Source: Anthoceros angustus (Eukaryota > Plantae > Anthocerotophyta). Taken from it: a DNA stretch of 64,000 nt. How positions within the stretch are numbered: the stretch's first letter is position 1; each line of letters begins with the position of its first letter. Below are positions 34,450-46,900 of this stretch, one piece after another. The translations under genes were made by a program, and so were the position numbers. Location: contig VJWM01000044.1 in assembly GCA_010909165.1 (NCBI GenBank), positions 1,054,001 to 1,118,000 of the forward strand, read 5' to 3'. The notes under the pieces were generated by a model, which saw only the letters and a program-made list of their open reading frames with translations, had not been told where the DNA came from and ran no database searches.

Positions 34450-36505
34450 GGGCTCTTCCAATGCCCAAGAGGCCCCAGCTACTCCACTTTTGTCACACAC
34501 ATGTCCTGCTTGAATCAGCCCACACTTGCATCATCATAAACTTTCAAGTACTAAGACTCCAAAGTTTTTAGCAAACGTGGCTGCCATAGAGGTGGTTGCA
34601 CTTGAAGAACTGTGACATTTGTCTCTTCCAGCAAACACAGGTAAATTCTCCATCTTGAGTGGGACCTCGTGCACGTGGATTGGATCGCCTAGCCCTCCGT
34701 GCTCCAACTTCGCCCACCAAGTCTACTTCTTCTTCCTCTCACCTTATGACATCCTCCCGTGCGTGTGCACTTTCTCCCGATCCTCCATAAAGTAAGCAAG
34801 CTCATCAGTATTTGAATCTATGTCCTCCAAGCTTGAAGCCCGGCAACTTCCACTCCTACTCCCACTGGGTTTTGGTCTACCGTTCATGGACTGCTAAGTG
34901 TCCCCCACTACTTCCTCGCTCGCCCTCCGAGAGCGCCTCGCATTCACAATTTTCGCCGGCTTAACGGAAGCCTCAACTGAACCGCACTTGCAATTTCAAC
35001 CATGAATGTAGCAATGCACCAGCCTCTCCTCGTGCCCATCTTCGCCATCGCTTGCTTGCTGGGCTGCACCTTTTGGCACCTCAACTCTGGGCGCGGACAG
35101 GACGAGCACTCTTGGCAAGGCCAAACGAGGTGTGGGCTGCCGACGTTGGCACGGTGATGAGCGGCACTTCGGGGCCAAACACGGAGCCATGGGCCGTGTG
35201 GCGCGGGTGCCACATGATTGCGTCCATTCCCACCTTAACTACAGTAATAAGCGTAGTCGGATCAACCAAGGACCGTTGTCGCAACGCCCCGCTAATCATG
35301 AAGCACACTTTGATGAATTGCATTCATCAACGCCGGCGGTGATGTCAGTCCGTATCCTCACGCCCACCCTTGGTTTTGTAGAGCCTTGATTGAAACACTG
35401 TCGCACAAAGCCGGGTTCCCATGCAGAATGAGCGGACTCAATCACTTGGCTCGGATTGGCAACAACCCATAACCTTTCTTTGGGCTCTTCCAATGCCCAG
35501 AAGCTACTCCACTTTTGTCACACACATGTCTGCTTGAATCACACTTGCATCATCATAAACTTTCAAGTACTAAGACTCCAAAGTTTTTAGCAAACGTGGC
35601 TGCCATAGAGGTGGTTGCACTTGAAGAACTGTGACATTTGTCTCTTCCAGCAAACACAGGTAAATTCTCCATCTTGAGTGGGACCTCGTGCACGTGGATT
35701 GGATCGCCTAGCCCTCTGTGCTCCGGTAACTTTCGCCCACCAAGTCTACTTCTTTCTTCCTCTCACCTTATGACATCCTCCCGTCGCAGCGTGTGCACTT
35801 TCTCCCGATCCTCCATAAAGTAAGCAAGCTCATCAGTATTTGAATCTATGTCCTCCAAGCTTGAAGCCCGGCAACTTCCACTCCTACTCCCACTGGGTTT
35901 TGGTCTACCGTTCATGGACTGCTAAGTGTCCCCCACTACTTCCTCGTTCGTCCTCTCCGAGAGCGCTCCTGCATTCACAATTTTCGCTCGAAGCGGAACG
36001 AGCGAAGCCTCAACCTGAACCGCACTTGCAATTTCAACCATGAATGTAGCAGCTGCAAGTTCAGCCTCCCCCTCCTCGTGCCCATCTTCGTCATCGCTTG
36101 CTTGCTGGGCTGCACCTTTTGGCACCTCAACTCTGGGCGCGGACAGGACGAGCACTCTTGGCAAGGCCAAACGAGGTGTGGGCTGCCGACGTTGGCACGG
36201 TGATGAGCGGCACTTCGGGGCCAAACACGGAGCCATGGGCCGTGTGGCGCGGGTGCCACATGATTGCGTCCATTCCCACCTTTCTTAATAAGCGTGGTCG
36301 GATCAACCAGGACCGTTGTCGCGCCCGCTAATCATGAAGCACACTTTGATGAATTGCATTCATCATGGCGTGATGATGTCGGTCGTATCCTCACGCCCAC
36401 CCTTGGTTTTGTAGAGCCTTGATTGAAACACTGTCGCACAAAGCCGGGTTCCCATGCAGAATGAGCGGACTCAATCACTTGGCTCGGATTGGCAACAACC
36501 CATAA
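34450..36505. repeat. Tandem duplication of a ~1.03-kb unit (34450-35476 and 35481-36505)
   Basis: Near-identical copies from GGCTCTTCCAATGCCC to GGCAACAACCCATAAC that differ mostly by small indels. Decayed ORF of unknown identity. Confidence 0.9.
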
Positions 36506-36679
36506 CTGCTCTTTGGCGAATCATGTACTGGTGCTTACGTTTTGCATATGTATGATGGCTAAATCGAGGTCCACATGGGAAACCGTGGCAAAACCATTTT
36601 AGCCAAAAGAAATTTATGGCTAAATCTTCCTTCCCCAGCAAAACCAGAGTTCACGGTAGAGAATCTTTGTAATTTGGCA

Positions 36680-37165
36680 ACAGCATGACATGCCCGATTC
36701 ATGCAGCATGTCCCGATATATATGTCCCGGTCAGGATATGTGCCTCTTCAGCAACTCTCCTAGCAAGGGAGCACTAGTGAAAATTTTATCGAAGCTAACA
36801 TGGCGATGAGCTCCGCCCACATGTTCACATAACCCTATGACCCCTTTCATCCCAAGCTCATCCTAGCCTTTATATTCTTTTTTGACACAGAGAGTCTTTA
36901 CTAGCTTGCTAGTGGCTTCATTATCATGATCGACCATGTCATCATCATCGGTTAAGATGTCATTCGGATCACATCGGAGTGGGTCCTTCCCCCCATATAT
37001 TTGAAAATCATGCATACACCTGGTAACATTACCACATAGCATCCACACTTTTAACCCCCACTTTACAGGCTTAGAAGCCATATATTGCATTCTGAGACAT
37101 TTCCTATTTCAGCATGCAACCATAGCCTCATCAATAGTGAGCTCTTGGGGTTCACTCAATAGTCT
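36680..37165 (-). pseudogene. piggyBac-like (PGBD) transposase relic
   Basis: Colinear motifs QELTIDEAMVAC*, MQYMASKPVKWGLKVWMLC, HDFQIYGGK, HVSFDKIFTSAPLLGELLKR and IYIGTCCMNR. These correspond to the piggyBac IDE, QYxPxKPxKWG, FDNFFTS and GTVRxNR blocks. In-frame stops are present. Confidence 0.8.
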
Positions 37166-38789
37166 CAATCAATAGCCTTAGCACTACTAGCAGCTGGTGG
37201 AGCTAAGCTTGCGTGGTAGGCGAAGACTTCGCTGGTGGCAACCTTATAGGAGCACCGGCAGACCGAGGCCTGCGAATGGGAGTTCCGCGAGCCACCACAT
37301 CTCGACAGCCAGTTTGCAACACATGACTACCAGGTGGCGGAGAGAGATCTTTGAGTGTGCCACCTTGAAGAATGTCACCTTCCATGTTGTCTTGGGCAGA
37401 GATGTGGCAATCTTTAAAGACAACGGTGGAGAATGGATGAAAGACTAAGAGTGCATAGCATTGTGACATTGCAATAAAGCCATGATAGAGGATTGAGAGT
37501 CATCATCTACTTTGCCTTTAACCTTTATCGTCGAGTCACCTCACCATTTTCTCGAGACACCTCACAATTTTCTCATATTGCCACTTCACAATTTTCTGGT
37601 ATTGCCATTTAGCATGTCTCCATTAAAGCGCGAGGCAAGGTGAGCATCTCCCGTTGACAAAATTTTTCCAATTATCCCATCAAGGGTATCAATAGCATAA
37701 TCACTAAAGCATCCAAGCATTTCAACTATTCTAAAGAAAATCCAAGAATACCAATGACCACCTTGAGATTAAAACGTGAAGAGCAACCTTCCCAACCGAG
37801 CATAAAAAATGACTGTCTAGGGGAGCCCTCACGCCTTATCATGGCAGCCTAGAGGCTTTCTTCATCCCGAAATAATGCTTTCTTCAACTTTAAACACGCT
37901 CGCTCTCTTTAGGCTCGCTATACAGATGGTTGAAGTGCTTGAACGAGGTAAAGAGTTTGGGAAGTGTGGGAAGGGCAGGAAGGAAAGAGCAAAAACCCAA
38001 GAGAATTACCAAATAATTACAAAATTTTAATTTATAAAAAATCAACACAATGTAAATATATCATAATAAACGGAAAACAAAACATGTGCTCGTGTGTACT
38101 TTTTGCTGTTTCATAAAGGCTTGCGCACTGCCTCCGCCTGTGAGCCAGTGCACTCATAGGCAACTACTTACTCACCACCAGCCTGATTTAGAGCTCTGAC
38201 GGCTTGGTCATTTCTCCACCACCTTGTGTTCGCTGTTGTGAGATCTCTCTTTCAGCTTGACCTGCTTGTCCAGTCTATGAACAGTCCAGAACTTGAATGA
38301 GGATACTCTTAAGTCTCAGCATACAACAGGCTTACACATACAGGGCAAATACAGATTGACAAGAGTTAAAGAGCGGGCTCACATGTTAGAGAAAGGGATG
38401 CCAACAACAACCTGAGCTAGTCAAAGAATCTGTGAAGACGACGGCAAAAACACAACATAACCTACTGTGATATCTGTCATGGTGCAAGAAGACCTAGACC
38501 GAATCCCAGGGTACGATGCTTCATTACAGGATACGACTGCTCGTGCATTATGGTCTGCAAAGTTTCGACCTTCTGATACCTGCAAGCAATACAGACTTAG
38601 AGCAGAATACATCACCACCTGGATTCCCAGTACCAGTTCTGATACTGAAAACTAACTAGAGGCTTTCAGCGGAAAATCATGCGTGACACAGGAGAGAACA
38701 GCACCTTTCAACGGAATACAGCCAAAAATGGAGCTCCACCTAAGTGACTCTTTGATGGACTAGAGTTATCTGTTCAGGACTTCGAGCTA

Positions 38790-40360
38790 CATCGAGCATC
38801 AATCTGCGGCAGCTTTGCTAAGCTCTCACCCAGAGCTTTCTCATTCCCAACCAAAAAGCTATGTACCAGTCCATCCACGTCTGTCCACCAGCTCTGTCCA
38901 GGTTCCTTCCACGCCTAGATTTTTTTTCCTTCTCTCCTGTATCTCCTGTGCCTGGTCCCACATCTGGGAATCGGTGTATCTGTTGGACATCAACACGTAT
39001 GCTGCAGCATCCTTCCTGTCCACCTGCATTCCTTAATCAAAAGCACAGCGTCCCACGTCCACGTTGCTCCACTTTCGACAAGCACCCAACAGAGTGTGCC
39101 ACACTGTAGCATTGGGCGTTACAGGCATTGATCTTGCCAAAGCCAGTGCCTCCTCCAGCTGTCCCACACGGCCCAGGAGATCCACCATGCGGGTGTAGTG
39201 CTCCACCGTGGGGATGATTCCATACTGGCTGCTCATAGCCTCGAAGTTCTCCCATTCCTGGCCCATTCCCTGCTGGGAATATCTTGCTATCAAGGCAGTC
39301 TATGTCACCTCGTTTTTCTGACTAAGTCCATCAAACACTCTCTGAGCGTCTTCCAAGCTGCCACACTTAGCATACATGTTAACCAAACTGCTCGCTACAA
39401 ACACATCGGCACGATGCTCTCGTTCTCTAATTCGTGTATGAAGCTGCTTCCCTTCCTCCAAAGCTGCGGTCCCTACACTTGCACATGCCTGCAGAAGGCA
39501 CACAAATGTCACTAAGCTGGGCACAGCCATGCCTTCTTTCTGCATAGCACCGTAGATACGGAGGGCTTCTCTGCTGGGAATATGCTGCTATCATCACAGT
39601 CCACGTGACCACATCTTTGTGACTAAGTCCATCAAACACTCTCTGAGCGTCGTACAAGCTCCCACACTTGGCATACATGTCCACCAAGCTGTTCCAGACG
39701 AACAAATCACGCTCTACGCCAGTTGCCGCCACATCAGCATGCACCTGCTGCCCAGTTGTCCAGTCTGATCCCCTTTGCACAAGCCTGAAGGGCTGCCACA
39801 ACGACATGTCTGTCTGGATTCACACCGGACCTGCACATCCGATGATACAGCTCTATGGCCCGCTTGTCCTGCATGTGTTTAACATGCGCAGAAATTATGG
39901 CAGACCATGTGAAGGCATCAGGCATGGCGATCACTTCAAACACATCCATCGCGTCTTGCAACCTGCCATGCTAAGCATACAGTCGCAGTAGGTGGAAGCC
40001 CAGGAACGTATCTGACAGGTAACCTATCTTCACCGTGCAAGCATGGACTCGCCTACCCAGAACCAGATTCTTCTTGGCTGAACATTTCTTCAGCGAAGTG
40101 GCAAAGAGAGATTTGGAAATACAACGGTCTGTCGACACCAGAACTTCCAACGCTTCAACAGCCTCAGTAAGATGTCCACCATGGCATAGCTTGCTCACGG
40201 TTTCGGCTGTCACGCCCATATACTGAGCTGTCAAATTCTTCACCGAGAGGATCTGCTCAAATTTCCTGGAAGAGACATCTCCAGCCAGACATTGCCTTGG
40301 ATGGGCCGTCTTTCTCGTCAGGGTGCTGCACCCCCCCAAGTTCGATATCCTTAGCTCCAA
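38790..40360 (-). pseudogene. PLS-class PPR pseudogene with E/E+ domain, no DYW visible
   Basis: Motifs NSLVDMYAKCGSL, HYTRMVDLLGRVGQL, VWHTLLGACRKWSNVDVGRCAFD and AWKEPGQSWWTDVDGLVHSFLVG. Stops at 39971, 39300 and 39033, plus frameshifts. Confidence 0.88.
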
Positions 40361-40638
40361 CGCTTGCTTCCTCGAAGCCAGTTCAGCGGGTAATCTTCCA
40401 TGACAACCGACCTACCACTCTACTGTATCCGTGCATAACGTATTTGCAAGATGCCCTCTTTATTGTAAAAAGATGAAGTTCGTGACACTCAAGAATTTGT
40501 TGAAACTGTATTAATGGATACACCCTTTATTTCTTTTGGAACTACGCACAATGCAACGCATCCTTATATATTGATGAGATTATTCTATTTATCCCTTGTG
40601 TATATCTCACATCTTTTACTTTTGTAAACAAGTTCAAA

Positions 40639-41446
40639 CTATAATTCATCGTGGAGTTCCCATTCACAAGTACATCCTGGATCCGGATCTCCACATGGTG
40701 TTCCAACTGCAAATTGTCGCTTGTTAGCACCACATGTACAATCATCTTAGATGTAATTATGCAAATATGAAGAATGTATGTGAGTACCTATTGGTGTTGA
40801 AGGTGGAGCCGGCCCATGTGTTGGAGGATTCCTTGTTGGTGTTGGAGCCGGCACAAGTGTTGGAGGATTCCTTGTTGGTGTTGGAGCCGGCACAAGTGTT
40901 GGAGGATTTGTCGTTGGTATTGGAGCAGGCACGTGTGTTGGAGGATTCATTGTTGGTGCGGGAGCATATATTGGAGGATTCATTGTTGGTGCGTGAGCAG
41001 GTAAGGGAGGAGATCCAGACGGTCCAAAAGGGATGGTGGGGGGCAGATCAGAAAATGGTGGAAGAAACTTCACGGGACTTGGAACATGAGCATGTTTAGG
41101 TGGAGAATGAAAAGATGGAGGATCAGTACTAGGTGAGGGTGAAAAAGGCCATGGTTCATCACCTCCTTCTGGAGGAGGTCTCCATGGTGGTGGGTTTTCC
41201 GTGGTTGCACCTTTAACTGTTTTGGAAGAACTATAACACGCAAGACACAATTAGTCCAATCCACAACATATAGACTCCACCTTTTTTTTCAAACGTCACA
41301 TTCATAAAAGTGAAAATCATAATTCAAAGCTTGTACCTCTCAAACATAGATTCTTCACTAGCCATCCCAGATAAAGATTGTGAAAACCTTGTTTCACCTT
41401 GAACAAAGAATATAAGAGCAACAACTGTATAAAGATACCCTAACAT
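40639..41446 (-). CDS. Secreted Pro/Thr-rich repeat protein with short Cys-containing tail; exons 41446-41337, 41230-40788, 40706-40639
   Basis: All three exons splice in phase through GT-AG introns of 106 and 81 bp. Signal-peptide-like MLGYLYTVVALIFFVQG, 39-bp and 33-bp repeats (NPPTLVPAPTPTR), C-terminus VGTPCGDPDPGCTCEWELHDEL*. Confidence 0.7.
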
Positions 41447-41894
41447 GGTTGTAAAGCAAGACATTGCAAAACTTTCCAGCTATTTATGACTATCAAAATC
41501 ATTTGGAAAAGCTCTAAGATATCTCTCACATATATAAACTCAAGTGCATACTTTTCTCGATAGAGACTAACATGCATAGTTTTTCTCGAGAATGAGAGAA
41601 AATTGATTTTTTTAGATAAAAAATAATAATATGAGAAAATTTGATTTTTTTAGAGAAAGAATAATAATACGAGAGTTATGATCAAAAAAATATGTAATGA
41701 AAGATGCCTTCTTATTGTAAAATATAAATGCATAATAGTCATATAGTATAGACATTCGATTTGGGGCTATCACCTAGACATGTATATGTATGGATACTTC
41801 TTTTATCTATTTCATTACATGCACTTAAATTGTTGGAAACAAGAAATGTATCACTTAATTGCAAGGTGGTGGGTTATAGAATGGTTGTGATGTG

Positions 41895-42095
41895 ATTTAC
41901 AACATATGAAATGCAAAAACGTGTGGCATGGCCCTTGGGTGTGACTGATATACATGAGGTGCACAACATATAAAATGCAAGAACGACCCTTGGTTGTGCT
42001 TGGTACTAATGATTCACAACATATAAAATGCAGGCATGGCCCTTGGGTGAGACTGGTATTCGTGGTTCACAACAAATAAAATGCAGGCGTGACCA
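41895..42095. repeat. Degenerate ~52-65-bp tandem repeat x4
   Basis: ACAACATATAAAATGCA...GGCATGGCCCTTGGGTG recurs 4 times, about 450 bp upstream of the secreted-protein ATG. Confidence 0.75.
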
Positions 42096-43256
42096 TTCAT
42101 TAGTATGTATAGACAACGCCCCATTTATTGGGCACGCTAGCCTCCCTTGTGTGTGGTCTTCGGCACGAGATTACCTGCTGATAAAAATAAAAGTAAAGTA
42201 AAGACCCCTGGGCGTGGTTATTACTTGCTTTGTTGAACCCGACCATACCAAGTGATTTATCTTCTATGATTTAAAACTAAACTTGATTTACATATTGTGT
42301 TGAATATAGCCCACGCGAATTAATTTACCTAGTATGATAAAATCTATTGATAGGCTACATGGTATATCATACCTAACATGTAGAGCTAAGTGCTAAAAAC
42401 ACTTCCGAGGAAACTAATGATAGTGAATAGTTTCCATGCTTATATTTTCATCTATTGCATTTGCTTCACACTGTAAACTTCACGCCATGTTCATCCACTA
42501 GCAGCCATGTTGTAAATTTGGTGGTTTGGCAGTTGTGTTGAGATATCGATGATGTTGTGAAACATATTCCCCTTTTTTTGATGGGGGTATAGGGTTTGGA
42601 GGGGCGACACAATATCATCTCCTTGTCGATGGGAAAAGGGAGGGACTGAGCTCTTCCTTATGTCCATCTTGTAAAAGAGAATTGTAGAGAATTAGTACAT
42701 GGAAAGGTGAAACAAATGTCATGGCGACGCTGAGAAGTTCCTTTGATAGTGCAATCGACAGCCTGCGAGCTCTGTTTGCAGCACAAGATCAAAGGGCTGA
42801 GATTGATAGTAAAGCCCTAAGAGCACGGTTTGGTTCACAACTGCAAAAAATTGCAAAATGTGCAAGCTCAAAATTGAAGAATTAACCTCAAAAGTGACTC
42901 AAGAGCTCTAGCATTTTCAAGCTTGGTAGCTACTTATCGAAGGTTCTTCTCCCCTTCTAACTGCTCATGATTTAGCTCATTTTCTAGTAGAAGATTGTAA
43001 CTTGGAGGTTAAGCACTAGGCTGACAGTCGACCAAAAGAGGATACATTGAAGCATATTTTTGAAAGGATGAAGAAAGTTGACTTGTATTACTTGTACCCC
43101 ATATGTGAGTTCTTAAGTGTGAGGGCACTCATTGATGAGCCCATTCTTGGATGCAAGCCAGGACAGATGTAGTAAATCTCCCGCTGGGACATCAGTGTGT
43201 GTGGAACTGCTAATGTAGGGTTGAGAAAACGGCCCCCATGAGTCCTTAGTCTACAA

Positions 43257-43559
43257 TTAGTCCCCATTGTGGAGGTCCTGAGCACCTCCCTTTTGGGGGT
43301 TTTCCATTTGTTGAAAGAAAAAGGCCAAGAGCTTGGTGTATGCTTTCTCTCCTTCTTGCTTGTACTTTTTCTTCATGACCTCTATTTTATGCTTGCATTG
43401 CTTCAAACGTACGGTCCAAGAATAATATCTTAACGGTGAAACCAAACTGCAAATTTCTTGACACTTCTTTAGCTCCATATTGGCCTCGTTCACCTGAAAA
43501 TATTTCTCTTCAAACAACAAAGTTAGTTTTTGGGCGCCTTCATGTGTCCAAGTCGCCAT
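43257..43559 (-). pseudogene. Myb/SANT-like (trihelix) domain fragment, probably decayed
   Basis: WTHEGAQKLTLLFEEKY...TVRLKQCKHKIEVMKKKYKQE...FFQQME fits the trihelix W...QCKxKIxxLKKxYKxE...FFxxMD pattern. Conserved Trp positions have degenerated. Confidence 0.55.
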
Positions 43560-43963
43560 CTCCTGACCAACCTGTTGGCTTCACTATTCGACATGATTGG
43601 GGGGAAAATATGCCATAGAACGCGGCAGATCCGCCATTGCTTTCTTTTCGAAGCTGGCTAGGGCGCAACGCAGCTTGGTACGGCTTGTGAATCTTAATAT
43701 TTATTATTTAGTACATTGCATAACATCTCGAGCGACCAAGATACACCCGATCGAGATGGAGCACGGGCGAGAGCAGCATATGCCGCAGGCATTGCAAACA
43801 CGAGGTCCGCCCGTAGTCGCAGAGAAGAGCGCATATGAAGTCGTAGCGTCTTTTAATATGCAAGCCCGGTCATCACGGAATTCACCCCGGAGAGATTTGA
43901 GGGTCTTGAGTCACACTTTAAACCGTATTTCGTGCTACCTGGAGTCAACTCGAACAAAATACT

Positions 43964-46900
43964 GAAACCATACTCCGCCATCTCCTCCAGCGTCGGGCAA
44001 CCTCGCGATTGCGATTTCGCCTGTGTCCTTCTCCATTTCGGCGACGCCCGCCTCCTGTTCCATCGCCTTACTTCCTCCGTCTCGCCAATGTAGCCGAGCC
44101 GCTCTATCTCTCGCTCGTGATCCGTGATCACGCCCGCAGACACCATTCCTATCAATGGTAACTTGAGCCGCAGCCTGTGGTCTCTTTTGGGTCTTCCATC
44201 TCCGCCGTTGCTCCACCACGCAATCGAGACCAGGAGATCCTCCATCTCCTTGTCGCTGGCTTCCTTCTCCTCGGCATGGCCGGCCCGCACTCGCCTCCGC
44301 CTCCTCGCCGCCTTCACTGGCTTCACCGGCCAAGGGCTGGTCCGCCCGCCGCCCGCCAGTCGCGAGCCTTCTCCTTGCGCCCGCCTCCTCCGCCTCCGCC
44401 TCCTCGCCGCCTCAGAGGTCACCGCTTGGGCCTCTCCTCAACACAGCCACCCAAAGAAAAGGAATTTAGTCCGTCCTATCGAATGGACCAGATTTCCCTT
44501 CGGCCTCCCGGCCTCTTCGATGCGGCCGAGCCTTCCTCCTCGCCTCCCGGGCCTCCAACCGCCTCCGGAGGAGCACCATGCGCCTCGGTGGCTTCTACTC
44601 GGGTCTTCTCATGTCCAGAGACCCCAAAGCCCGTGTCTCTTCCACGGCCGCCACCGTGAGACCCCAAAAGTCCGTAGAGGGAGCGGGCATCTCACGGCCG
44701 CCAAGGGACCTCCACCGCACCGAGCAAGTCCTGACTGGTTCTCCGGACCTAATCAGCCCCTTAGGTCCCGATTGCCGAGGTCCCGAGCTTCACCTCCTTG
44801 GCCCTCTTGGCCGCCAATTCCTTATTCGCCTTCGCCGGGCCTCCTCCGCCCGCCGCTACCCTCTCCTGCAGAGGTCTTCACGCTTGGGCCTCCTCAGGTT
44901 CGCCCACCTCACCCAGAAGGAATTTAGTCCGTCCCGAATGGACCAGACTTCCTTCGGCCTCCCGCTTCGATGCGGCCGAGAGCTTCGCCTTCCTCCGCCT
45001 CCCGGGCCGCCAACCGCCTCCGGAGGAGCACCATGCGCCTCGGTGGCTTCTACTCGGGTCTTCTCCGTCTCGAGACCCCAAAGCCGTGTCTCTTCCACGG
45101 CCGCCACTGGTGAGACCCCCAAAAAGTCCGTAGTGGGAGCGGGCATCTCACGGTCCGCCAGGGACCTCCACACTGCAGTCCGGAGTAAGTCCGGACTGGG
45201 TTCTCCGGACCTAATCAGCCCCTTAGGTCCTGATTGCCGAGGTCCGGAGCTTCACCCTCCTTGGCCCTCTTGGCCGCCAATTCCTTATTCGCCTCTTCGC
45301 CCCGGGGCCTGAGGTGAGGGGTTCGAGCCGACCCCTTGCCTCTCCCGGCTGGGCGATGGATCGGCCGGGTTTGCCGCCGGACCGCTCCTTCGGCCTTCTC
45401 TTTTCTCTTTCTTTACCCGGCAGGCATGTGCACCGCCCGAGGTGCGTTGGCGGTGGCACCGCCTTCCGCCTCTTCGATGCGGCCGAGTTCGCCGGGCTCA
45501 CGCTGTGGCCGGGCGCCGGGCCGCCCGCCTCCGTCAGACCGGGCCGCCCGTGGGCACTGGAGGAGGGAAGCGGGATATCTTCCCACACTTCCCTAGGTGG
45601 TGAGGGGGTCCATTCCCACGATGGAGTCCCAGATCCTTCCGCCCCTCCTCCCGACCTGCTTGGGGGGTCGGGCCTCTCCTCAGCGCCTTGCCCGCCTGCT
45701 AGGTAGGCCGCCAACCCTTTCCGAGCGCCCGCCTACCTCCCCATCCTTCAGAGGTCGTAATGTCCCCACATGGATCGTATGGGGATAGTCCGGACGGCGG
45801 TGGCTTCCTCATTATGGGCCTCCTCAAACTGGCGAAGATGATCCTTCCTACCGCCTCTTGCCTCAGCAACGCATGCAGAACACCAAGAATTATCACCAAG
45901 GTGATCCACCTTGGTGAGCAAGTTCCGTGGACAATGATCCGGGCTCGCCTCACCCTTCATCCCCAGGTCCGATATCAACCACCGCTGGTTGTCCGCCGCG
46001 TCGGCCGACGCGCCTTGCCGCCTATCTTTCCCTCGCCTTGAGGGGCCTCGACCACGCCCATCCTCCTCCGCTGGGCGGCCAGGCCGCCTCGTGACCTCCA
46101 AGGTCCATCTCCTGATCCTCCGGAGGTTCTTGGACCGAACCTCCTTGTTGGCCGCCAACATCTTCCGGCGAACTCCCGACCAGAGTGACATCACAAACGC
46201 CCGCATACCGAACACGCCTAAGTGCCACTCTTCACTAATCCTCCCGCCTCCAGCCATGGCCCAAAGTCCGGATAGCGCCGGTCACAATGTTGCGCCTACC
46301 AGTTCCATGGCTCCCATACTCAGCCTTTTGGGTCCCATCGCCTTCTTCTCCTTCGCCGAGCGCCTCGAGACCGCGCACGATGCGCCTCTTCGCTGTCACG
46401 CTCCAACCTCAACGTGAGCCGCCAAGATGCCAAGCTGCTCAAAGAGATAGCGCCAGAGGGTTGCGGAGCGCAAGAGACTGCGAGAATTGTCTCGAGGTCG
46501 CACTGAGAAATGACCCTCCTCGTCGGCCGCTGGAGTAATCGGAGGGTGCCTCTTCTCCCAGAATCGCCAGAGGTCCGCATGGCTTACCTTACGCCGCTGC
46601 ACCGCCTTACGCCGCTGCATGCCCGGGCGTGAATACCGCTATAACGGCCCCTGCAAGCAGCCCGCTCGCTGCATGCCCGACCTCCACTCGGGGCCGTCCA
46701 CGTGGCGCCCGTCTCACGACTCAACTTCTAAATTACTCGGCATTTATCCTGCTTTTGACCCGGAGTGGGTCCGACTTATCCTGCCTGGCTTGTCATAGGG
46801 TCCGGGTTACCTACTCCGAGTCCGGAGTATACTCGAGCTCCGAGCACCATCCGTGCTTATTCCTCCTTCACTTATTTTACTATTCGCCTACGAAAACAAA

